Part shown: positions 9,050 to 16,777 of the stretch, piece after piece
Position numbering within the stretch: position 1 is the stretch's first letter
How the letters are laid out: each line of letters opens with the position of its first letter
From: Christensenellaceae bacterium
GTDB lineage: Bacteria; Bacillota; Clostridia; Christensenellales; UBA1242
DNA: 33,924 nt
Direction of reading: 5' to 3'
NCBI GenBank assembly: GCA_031255215.1
Contig: JAIRSY010000052.1
Coordinates: 1-33,924 of the forward strand
Program-made: the position numbers and the translations under genes
Notes under the pieces: generated by a model
The model's input: only the letters and a program-made list of their open reading frames with translations
Told to the model about the DNA's origin: nothing
Database searches by the model: none

Positions 9050-9583
9050 ATGGAAATAAGAGGAACAACAATAATTGCCGTTAAAAAGGACGGCAAAACC
9101 GTTATCGCCGGTGATGGGCAGGTAACGGTGGGACAATCCGTTATTATGAAAGGTAATGCGGTCAAGGTTCGCCGTATGTATGACGGTAAGGTCGTCGTCG
9201 GGTTCGCCGGCTCCGTCGCCGACGCCTTCACTTTGTCCGCAAAGTTTGAGGAAATGCTTCAAAAACGTTCGGGAAATCTCTTACGCTCCGCCGTTGATTT
9301 GGCAACAAGTTGGCGGACGGATAAGTTTTTGGGGAAACTTGAAGCGATGATGATTGTTGCGGATAAGGACAAGTTCTTGCTTATATCCGGTGACGGGAAT
9401 GTCATTGAACCCGACGGCGGTGCGGCCGCAATCGGTTCCGGCGGCAATTATGCCCTTTCCGCCGCAAAGGCACTTCTTCAAAATACAAATATGACCGCAA
9501 AAGAAATCGCAAAAGAGGCGATGAAGATTGCGGGGGAGATTTGCATCTTTACGAATAATAATTTAACAGTGGAGGAAATATGA
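9050..9583 (+). CDS. hslV: ATP-dependent protease subunit HslV/ClpQ
   Basis: [43 protein letters not shown]. Confidence 0.97.
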   Translation: MEIRGTTIIAVKKDGKTVIAGDGQVTVGQSVIMKGNAVKVRRMYDGKVVVGFAGSVADAFTLSAKFEEMLQKRSGNLLRSAVDLATSWRTDKFLGKLEAMMIVADKDKFLLISGDGNVIEPDGGAAAIGSGGNYALSAAKALLQNTNMTAKEIAKEAMKIAGEICIFTNNNLTVEEI

Positions 9584-11172
9584 AAACAGAAAATAAAAGC
9601 ACAGAGATTAAAAAACCCGATACAAAACAAGACGATAAATCCGGTTCGCGTGTGCCGCTCGTCTTGTCTTTATTAAATTCAATCGGTCAAACAACCGCCG
9701 GAATTGAAAAGGCCGCAATCTATCGCCACAATGCACTTTGTGAAATGGAAATTGAGAGCCGTTTATTCTTTTTGAATGAACAAGACGCACACCAGGACGA
9801 ATACATTAAAAAATATGGTATTTCAACCGATGACGTTATCAATATCTATGACATTTATACCGAACTTAATGACGCTCCGTTGAAAAAGAATAGCATCCTT
9901 GAATTTGCAAAAAGGAATTGTTGGCACCTTGGGGTCTTCAATAATGCTTCGCAAAAACCAACCGATTTTCATCTCCTCAATGCAAAAAATATGATTGTCG
10001 GTTATGCAAAGGTCTATGAAACCGGCAACATAAGTTATATCAATATCCTATCAACCAAAGGTGTAATCCTGCGTCGCCTTATCTTTAACCAAAATGGTTA
10101 TCTTGTCTTTGAGGACTTTGTCGACCCGAATAATGTCGGGGCTTGGTTGGTTCGAAATGTCCACAATGCAAAGGGGGAGCCGGTTATAAAACTTTATCAA
10201 AAATTGGTTGACAAGGAATATCAAATTTATGGTGTGGAAGTTTTGGTCCAGGGGGTCTACTTCACTTTCGGTACATTTACGGAATTTCAAAAGTTTACGT
10301 TGGAAAAGGTTACGGCTATACTTGCGAAGGAATATGATATAATTTTAATAACCGACAGAGACAACTATATTGATATAATCAAGAGTCTTCCAAAGGGGAT
10401 AAAACAGGTCGGCATTTTGCACAATATTCACCGCTCTATTGATGGCAAAAGATTCATGTATAATACAACAATATTAAGCAAGGAGATATCGGCGTTGATT
10501 ACCTTGACAAAATGGCATGCCGATGACATAGTCAAAGAATTTAATCCGTCTTACAAGATTTTCACCATTCCGTCGTCTTATACCGTGGAAAATATAAGAA
10601 CCGAACCGCCGCACCCGTTTGACCCGAATGCCCCGAAATTTATAACGGTCGCAAGATTGCACGAACAAAAAAACATAACACATATGATTTTGGCAATGAA
10701 AGATATCGTCAAGGCAATCCCGAAGGCAACCCTTGATATTTTTGGAAGCGGTCCCGAGTATGCAAGTCTCGCCAAGGCAATAAAGACGACAAAACTTGAA
10801 AAAAACGTCTTTTTGCATGATTGGACAAACAATGTTCATGCGGAAATGTCGAAGCGTGACATATACCTTCTTACGTCAAAATACGAAGGGCTTGCGATAG
10901 TGCTGTTAGAGGCACAATCTTGCCTTCTGCCGTGCATCTCTTACGATGTTAAATATGGGTCTCGTGATATTATCAACGACGGTGTAAACGGGCTCTTGGT
11001 GCGTCAAAACGACTATTACGAATTTGCCCAAAAATTGGTCGAGCTTTGTAAAAATCCGACCCTCGTCGAAACGATGAAGAAGAATTGCAATGACACAATC
11101 AAGAAGTTCAATAAAGAAGTTTACAAGCAAAAATACAAGGAGCTTATAGATTATTTAGTAAGTAATAAATAA
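9580..11172 (+). CDS. GT4 glycosyltransferase, GtfA/TagE/TarM-like
   Basis: N-terminal [16 protein letters not shown], beta-rich insertion, [11 protein letters not shown]7E motif [33 protein letters not shown] overlap with hslV. Confidence 0.85.
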   Translation: MKTENKSTEIKKPDTKQDDKSGSRVPLVLSLLNSIGQTTAGIEKAAIYRHNALCEMEIESRLFFLNEQDAHQDEYIKKYGISTDDVINIYDIYTELNDAPLKKNSILEFAKRNCWHLGVFNNASQKPTDFHLLNAKNMIVGYAKVYETGNISYINILSTKGVILRRLIFNQNGYLVFEDFVDPNNVGAWLVRNVHNAKGEPVIKLYQKLVDKEYQIYGVEVLVQGVYFTFGTFTEFQKFTLEKVTAILAKEYDIILITDRDNYIDIIKSLPKGIKQVGILHNIHRSIDGKRFMYNTTILSKEISALITLTKWHADDIVKEFNPSYKIFTIPSSYTVENIRTEPPHPFDPNAPKFITVARLHEQKNITHMILAMKDIVKAIPKATLDIFGSGPEYASLAKAIKTTKLEKNVFLHDWTNNVHAEMSKRDIYLLTSKYEGLAIVLLEAQSCLLPCISYDVKYGSRDIINDGVNGLLVRQNDYYEFAQKLVELCKNPTLVETMKKNCNDTIKKFNKEVYKQKYKELIDYLVSNK

Positions 11173-11222
11173 AAAGGAAGAAGTTTGGATAACATAATAT
11201 TGTTTCCTTACTTCTTCCTTTT
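11172..11222. terminator. Bidirectional intrinsic terminator
   Basis: AAAAGGAAGAAGT...ACTTCTTCCTTTT inverted repeat between convergent genes. Confidence 0.75.
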
Positions 11223-12952
11223 TACTTGCCCCTTAATTTTGCATTGCGTTTAAGTGCCCTGGAAACTTTGGCGGCATCTTTGAGGATTGCGTCTTCAAGT
11301 TGTTGTGGGGTTAGTTTATTTTTAATTGAATTGATGAAACATACATACATTGCCGTCCATACATTCGGAAGACCGATTTCACCATAATTTGGGAACGTTT
11401 CGATGAATTTTGCCTCTAAATCGGGATTGGAAAGGTAAGATATCACGTTTTCATTGGTAAATGCGGTCGCGATTTCAAACGGAACCTTATTAAATACGGT
11501 CTTGAAATTGTTATTATCCAAAATATAGTTATTGGACGACAAGACGATGATGTTTTCTATGTTTTCCCTATTCTTCATATTATTGATAAAAATGCGGAGG
11601 AATTTCTGCTTTATAAGTGCATGAATTTGCTCGGTTATACGTGCCAAACTTGTCCCGTTTTCAAGCAATGAAATAAAATTGTGGTAAAGTTCTTCATTGG
11701 TTATAAACCGTTCCATATCAACAAGATATTCCGCGAAACCGTAAAGTTTATTGTGGGTGGCGACCATGGAATAAATGACGGAATTGGGCTGCCCCGGGGT
11801 ATCACTTGCCTTTATTGTTATTTTATTATATGGGGCGGTCCCAAAGGTATCTTTGAATTCATCTCGGTTCATAAGGAAACATGCCGCTATCTCTATGAAG
11901 TAATTATTTATGTAACGTTGAAGATTCTTTGGTGTAAATATCAACTTCTTATTGTCCGCCTTTTTGCCTTTTTTAATTTCAAAAGAAACGATATTTGCAT
12001 TTGAAGGGTATTCGGGAACCTCTTTTGTTTTAACATCGGTGTCAATTTCTTGTTTTTGTTCGGGTTCTTTTACCTTTATTTCCTTGGCGGCGGGTTCCGC
12101 AACCACTTCGGGCTCGATGATTGGTTCCGCAACCACTTCGGGTTCGGCAACCATTTCGGGTTCAATGATTGGTTCCGCAACCATTTCGGGTTCAACAACC
12201 ATTTCGGGTTCGATGATTGGTTCGGGTTTTGGTTCTTGTTTAGGTTGAAGTTTCAATAACTCTTCATTGATTGCCTTTGCCAATTCCTCTTCATCAAAAT
12301 CAAATTCGATTTCCTGTTCCTGTGGTTCTTGTTTCTGTGGTTCTTCTTGTTGTCGTCGTTGTTGTTCAATATTTACATGAGATTGCGGTATTATAATGGG
12401 TTGAGGCAAGGGTTCCGGCGTTTCTTCCCTTTTCAATTCAACTTCAATAAGGTCCTTGTCTCTTTTTTCAAATTCCATTTGAGAAATCGGCATAACCTTT
12501 TCGTCATATAATTCTTTTTCAATTTCCGTCTTTCGTGCATCAAGGAGGGATTCGGCAATTTTTGTTTCAATTTTTTCAAGCACTTCTTCCTTTTGTTTCA
12601 ACTTCTTCATCTCATTGCCGACATCGTCTTGACTTGCATAGGTATTATACAAAAAATTGGTGTCTTCGCTTATATAATCTCCATTGTATTTTTTTTCTAC
12701 TCTAAACGGTTCGCGTTCCCTATTTAATTGGATTCTGTCTTCCTTATCTCGAATAAGTGAAATGGCATAAATCAACAAAAAGACCACCACGGGAAGGACC
12801 AAAATACCGGCGATAAGGAAAATCAACCCCGAAGTCTCGCGGTCCTTAACGGCGGTATCAAAATATATGGCAAGGGCGAACGCGGTCATTGATAGAAGAC
12901 CGGCGGCTATCGCCACAATGTCAAACCAACTTTGTTTTTCTGTTTTATTCAT
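11222..12952 (-). CDS. Hypothetical membrane protein: 2 TM, charged helical region, Glu/Pro-rich linker, unknown C-terminal domain
   Basis: 576-aa ORF with a G-rich SD, two N-terminal hydrophobic segments and EP-rich repeats. Confidence 0.8.
   Translation of the reverse strand: MNKTEKQSWFDIVAIAAGLLSMTAFALAIYFDTAVKDRETSGLIFLIAGILVLPVVVFLLIYAISLIRDKEDRIQLNREREPFRVEKKYNGDYISEDTNFLYNTYASQDDVGNEMKKLKQKEEVLEKIETKIAESLLDARKTEIEKELYDEKVMPISQMEFEKRDKDLIEVELKREETPEPLPQPIIIPQSHVNIEQQRRQQEEPQKQEPQEQEIEFDFDEEELAKAINEELLKLQPKQEPKPEPIIEPEMVVEPEMVAEPIIEPEMVAEPEVVAEPIIEPEVVAEPAAKEIKVKEPEQKQEIDTDVKTKEVPEYPSNANIVSFEIKKGKKADNKKLIFTPKNLQRYINNYFIEIAACFLMNRDEFKDTFGTAPYNKITIKASDTPGQPNSVIYSMVATHNKLYGFAEYLVDMERFITNEELYHNFISLLENGTSLARITEQIHALIKQKFLRIFINNMKNRENIENIIVLSSNNYILDNNNFKTVFNKVPFEIATAFTNENVISYLSNPDLEAKFIETFPNYGEIGLPNVWTAMYVCFINSIKNKLTPQQLEDAILKDAAKVSRALKRNAKLRGK
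12092..12235 (-). repeat. Coding tandem repeat of 18-bp (EPEMVA/EPEVVA) and 12-bp (EPII) units
   Basis: Repeated ggttc(c/g)gcaacca(c/t)ttcg and ttc(g/a)atgattgg blocks. Confidence 0.85.
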
Positions 12953-12998
12953 TACTTAAATTCCCCCCAATTATAATAACATGTTTATGATAATACAT

Positions 12999-13027
12999 TT
13001 GCAAAAATTTGTAAATTAAAATATAAT
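12999..13027 (+). promoter_or_regulatory. SigA-type promoter of hslU
   Basis: TTGCAA-17 bp-TATAAT; the downstream gene has an AAGGAG SD. Confidence 0.7.
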
Positions 13028-13099
13028 CCCTTATATTTCATGACGATGAAGAATAATCATTCGAGGGAATGAAATGAAAAAAAGAAGGAGTTAAAGTTT

Positions 13100-14419
13100 A
13101 TGGATATTTTACCGAAAGAGATAGTGACACAACTTGACCGCTATATAATCGGTCAAAAGGAGGCAAAGCGTGTGGTCGCGATTGCCCTTCGAAACAGATA
13201 CCGCCGAAGTCAGCTTCCAAAGGAAATACGGGAGGAAATAACACCGAAAAATATCATAATGAAGGGGCCGACGGGCGTCGGCAAAACCGAAATCGCAAGA
13301 CGCCTCGCAAAACTTGTCGGTGCACCCTTTATAAAGGTGGAGGCAACAAAATATACGGAGGTCGGTTATGTTGGACGCGATGTGGAGAGCATGATACGTG
13401 ACTTGGTGGAAGTTGCCATTCGAATGGTGCGGGAGAAGAAACAAAAGGAAGTGCAGGAAAAAGCGGAAAAGATAGTGGAAAAAAGAATCGTTTCCGCGAT
13501 TGTTGCGGAAAAAAAGAAAAGGGCGGTTGATGTGGCGGAAAGTATTCTCACCGAACAAACTTATGCGGAATACAGGGACAAAAAACTTGAAAACTTTATA
13601 ATTGAATTGGAAATGAAACGCGAATTGAAACCCATGCTTGACCTTCCCGTTGGTATGTCAATGGGTATTGAAATCGGTTCAATTTTCGATTCAATCGCCC
13701 CGGGGACTTTACCGAAAAATACAAAGAAGAAATCAATAAGCGTTGAATCGGCACGTGAACAACTTCTTGAAGAAGAATGCGATAAACTTATTGATAGGGA
13801 TTTAATTTCGCAGGAAGGCATTGCACTTGCGGAACAAAGCGGAATAATCTTCCTTGATGAAATTGATAAAATTGGAACGGTGGGGCGTGGCGGCGGTCCG
13901 GAAGTTTCGCGTGAAGGTGTTCAAAGGGATTTGTTGCCGCTTGTGGAAGGGTCGGCGGTTCAAACGAAATACGGGACGGTGAAAACGGATTATATCCTCT
14001 TCATTGCCGCCGGTGCATTTCACGTTTCAAAAGTAAGCGACCTTATCCCCGAACTTCAAGGACGTTTCCCCATTCGTGTCGAATTGGCATCGTTAAACAA
14101 GGGCGACTTCTTGAAGATTTTAACACAGCCTGACAATGCCATTACAAAACAATATGAGCAGTTACTTTCGGTTGACGGTATCAATTTGAAATTTGACAAA
14201 GACGCCTTGAACCTTATCGCCGAACTTGCGGAAAATGAGAATGAAGCCAATGAGAATTTGGGTGCACGAAGACTTCACACAATTATGGAAATGTTGTTGG
14301 AGGAAATATCTTTTAATGTTTCTAAAACTCCGCAGGAAGTAATAATTGATAAAGCGTTTGTTGAATCGAACATGAAAAATATAATCAAAAAGACCGACTT
14401 GAAAAATTATGTCCTTTGA
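13100..14419 (+). CDS. hslU: ATP-dependent protease ATPase HslU/ClpY
   Basis: PKEIV..LDRYIIGQ, GPTGVGKTEIARRLA, GYVG pore loop, FLDEIDKI, ELQGRFPIRVEL, ENLGARRLHTIME. Confidence 0.97.
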   Translation: MDILPKEIVTQLDRYIIGQKEAKRVVAIALRNRYRRSQLPKEIREEITPKNIIMKGPTGVGKTEIARRLAKLVGAPFIKVEATKYTEVGYVGRDVESMIRDLVEVAIRMVREKKQKEVQEKAEKIVEKRIVSAIVAEKKKRAVDVAESILTEQTYAEYRDKKLENFIIELEMKRELKPMLDLPVGMSMGIEIGSIFDSIAPGTLPKNTKKKSISVESAREQLLEEECDKLIDRDLISQEGIALAEQSGIIFLDEIDKIGTVGRGGGPEVSREGVQRDLLPLVEGSAVQTKYGTVKTDYILFIAAGAFHVSKVSDLIPELQGRFPIRVELASLNKGDFLKILTQPDNAITKQYEQLLSVDGINLKFDKDALNLIAELAENENEANENLGARRLHTIMEMLLEEISFNVSKTPQEVIIDKAFVESNMKNIIKKTDLKNYVL

Positions 14420-14444
14420 CCTTGTGGGTCGGTCAAGTTATATT
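14416..14444 (+). promoter_or_regulatory. SigA-like promoter pointing antisense into the aspartokinase gene
   Basis: TTGACC-17 bp-TATATT; also contains a TTGACC-N9-GGTCAA inverted repeat. Confidence 0.4.
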
Positions 14445-14445
14445 G

Positions 14446-15102
14446 TCACTTAATCGGTGGATGTTGGGTGCATACCCTTGTGCCTGCCTTACGTATATCA
14501 AACGTGTTTCTTATCTCCATGGGAATGTTTGCGGTTTCCAATAGTTTTATTGCGTTTTTATGAACAACGGGGAATGCGGCAAGCATTTTATAACTCATTT
14601 GAGAAATGGTCTTCTTGTTTTCATCATAAATGCCGTCTACATCTGTGAACTTTTCATAGACCTTTGCATGAAATAACATCGCCAAAACCGCACCGGTGTA
14701 ATCACTTCCGCCGCGTGTAAGTAATTCGTATCTTCCGCCGTTGACGCCGTAAAATCCCCCTATGACGGCGGGTAATTTTATTTTGGCAAGATTCCGTTTC
14801 GTTTTTGTTAAATTTATGGTTCTGTTTTTATTTATTTCAATTACATCTTTTGCATCTATAAAATTAAAGTTTAATAATTGTGCCATAAGTTTTGCGGAAA
14901 AATATTCGCCGCGTGACACGATATAATCTTTGTCTGTCAAGTTTTCAAACCGGTCGGCAAATTCAAAGAGTTGATTTGTAACATTGTGCGGAGCGGAAAC
15001 GACGATAAGTTTTCTCCGTGAATCGCTCTTTACAATTTTAACACACCGCAAAACGGCACGTTTGTTCCCCATACTTGTCCCGCCAAACTTTACGACCTTC
15101 AT
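14446..15102 (-). CDS. lysC: Aspartate kinase, catalytic domain only (218 aa)
   Basis: MKVVKFGGTS, VVSAP, SRGEY, TRGGSDYTG, TDVDGI, NTF...GT; the ORF ends where ACT domains normally begin. Confidence 0.85.
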   Translation of the reverse strand: MKVVKFGGTSMGNKRAVLRCVKIVKSDSRRKLIVVSAPHNVTNQLFEFADRFENLTDKDYIVSRGEYFSAKLMAQLLNFNFIDAKDVIEINKNRTINLTKTKRNLAKIKLPAVIGGFYGVNGGRYELLTRGGSDYTGAVLAMLFHAKVYEKFTDVDGIYDENKKTISQMSYKMLAAFPVVHKNAIKLLETANIPMEIRNTFDIRKAGTRVCTQHPPIK

Positions 15103-15179
15103 ATTTCCAGTATATTATGCCGTCAAACTTCTTTGTGAATTTGGGAGCGTGGACCCAATTGTTTGCATATATATAGACA

Positions 15180-16286
15180 ATGGAATTTTTTGTAAAAGAT
15201 GAAAGTAAAAGAGTGGAAGAACTTAAAGAAAGATATAAAAATGATAAACGCGGGATATTTTACTTCGAACCGAGAACAATCGCCAATGGTGTTGCGTTCG
15301 GTTACCCGAATGACTTCAAATATGTGTCGCTTTCTAATGATGAAATTTTTGTGGAAAAAAATAATTATTTAACCGCTCTTGCCTTGAAACAAATTATCGG
15401 TGTAACAAAGAAAAAAATATACGTTTGCGGATACGGTAAATTGGGGAAACAGATAGAAAAAGTTTTCAAAGATTATGATATTGAATTTGGTAAGAAAATT
15501 CCTCAAAATGCGGACATTGTCGTCAATACGGTGCCGGCACCAATTTTCAAACCTATAAAGGGCATGGAAATAATCGACCTCGCGTCCGCACCTTATGGTT
15601 TTAATTGGAAGAAATTAAATAAAGAAAATTACAATTACAGAATCGAACCCGCCTTACCAAGCAGATTCTTTCCAAAGGAAAGTGCCGAGATTGTAAGTGA
15701 GGCAATTGAGCGTTATATGCGTCCGTCCCTTGTATTATGTATAACCGGAAGTGCCTGCTCCTACCTCCGTCTTCCCGCAATTTTGAAAGAACTTGTCAAA
15801 TCATTTGAAATTTATCCTGTGTTGAGTGAAAATGCAAACGTTGTAAACCGGTTTTGCGATATTGAGAAATTCAAGGCGGAGATTGCGGAGATTACGGGAC
15901 ACAATATAATTACAAATATTGCCGGTGCCGAAACTCTTTCCGCAAAAAAAGAACTTCGCTGCTCCTTGATTTTCCCTGCGACCGGTAATACTATCGCAAA
16001 ACTTAATAATGCAATCACCGATACCGCAGTTTTAATGGCGGCGAAGGCACTCCTCCGCAATGGTAAACCTTGTATCATAGGAATATCCACAAATGATGCA
16101 CTTTCCGCAAACGCCAAAAACATCGGCGAATTACTTAACCGCAAAAATATATATTTTGTTCCTTATAAGCAGGACGACCCGGTGAACAAACCGTTTTCCT
16201 GTATCTGTGACTTTGACAGGATAAAAGAAACCATAGACGCGGCGTTAGACAATCGGCAAATCCAACCGTTTATTCTTTGCCAATAA
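15180..16286 (+). CDS. Fused dipicolinate synthase subunits A+B (SpoVFA-SpoVFB)
   Basis: aa 1-179 DpaA-like (GYGKLG, DIVVNTVPA, IIDLASAPYG, PALP); aa 180-368 DpaB (ITGSACS, PATGNTIAKL, TDTAVLMAAKA, ISTNDAL, NIYFVPYKQDDPVNKPFS, QIQP). Confidence 0.88.
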   Translation: MEFFVKDESKRVEELKERYKNDKRGIFYFEPRTIANGVAFGYPNDFKYVSLSNDEIFVEKNNYLTALALKQIIGVTKKKIYVCGYGKLGKQIEKVFKDYDIEFGKKIPQNADIVVNTVPAPIFKPIKGMEIIDLASAPYGFNWKKLNKENYNYRIEPALPSRFFPKESAEIVSEAIERYMRPSLVLCITGSACSYLRLPAILKELVKSFEIYPVLSENANVVNRFCDIEKFKAEIAEITGHNIITNIAGAETLSAKKELRCSLIFPATGNTIAKLNNAITDTAVLMAAKALLRNGKPCIIGISTNDALSANAKNIGELLNRKNIYFVPYKQDDPVNKPFSCICDFDRIKETIDAALDNRQIQPFILCQ

Positions 16287-16338
16287 ACCTGCCGCCGCCT
16301 CGTTCACCCCAATATATATAGGAAAGCAACAAACATCT

Positions 16339-16641
16339 TTATAGATTTTCAAGCATTTTCAAGATGACCGCTTTGGGTTTTAGTCCCGCCCATTTCTCAA
16401 TGACCTCTCCATCCTTCATTATCACAATAAATGGGATGTGGGTAATTCCAAATCTTCTGTTAAGTCCTTCGCTGCTCCCCGTGTCAATACTCCAAAAATT
16501 GATGCCTTTTTTTTCCTTTTCTATTTGTTCCAAAACGGGCTGAATCATTCTGCAAGCACCGCAGCCCACCCCCCAAAAATCGACAACGGAGATGCCGTTG
16601 GCGGTTTTTTCATCGAATTCATTTTCATTTATTTCTTTCAT
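16339..16641 (-). CDS. Thioredoxin-family protein (CGAC active site)
   Basis: VVDFWGVGCGACRMIQP, HIP cis-Pro motif, KDGE; start at ATG 16641. Confidence 0.85.
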   Translation of the reverse strand: MKEINENEFDEKTANGISVVDFWGVGCGACRMIQPVLEQIEKEKKGINFWSIDTGSSEGLNRRFGITHIPFIVIMKDGEVIEKWAGLKPKAVILKMLENL

Positions 16642-16648
16642 ATTTTCC

Positions 16649-16677
16649 AATATATAAAAAAGAGGTTGACTTGTCAA
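16649..16677 (-). promoter_or_regulatory. SigA promoter of thioredoxin (leaderless)
   Basis: Minus strand TTGACA-17 bp-TATATT ending 7 nt before ATG. Confidence 0.75.
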
Positions 16678-16694
16678 ACTATTTGTGTTAAAGT
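16666..16694 (+). promoter_or_regulatory. SigA promoter of rpoB
   Basis: TTGACT-17 bp-TAAAGT with extended TGn; SD GGAGGA before ATG 16778. Confidence 0.65.
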
Positions 16695-16777
16695 TTTCTA
16701 AATAGAGATTTTTATTCTTTCACTTATACTTTGGCGGATTGAAATAAAGCCAATTTATAAATTATGGAGGAGTTTGC

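Noticed and set aside
5780-12952. Prophage or mobile element explaining the orphan genes
   Set aside because: No integrase, transposase, att-like direct repeats or phage genes; housekeeping genes are interleaved.
13040-13094. Tiny uORFs (MTMKNNHSRE, MKKRRS) in the hslU leader
   Set aside because: Too short to distinguish from chance in purine-rich sequence.
14416-14436. CIRCE element next to hslU
   Set aside because: The N9 spacer fits, but the arms do not match TTAGCACTC/GAGTGCTAA and it lies downstream of the gene.
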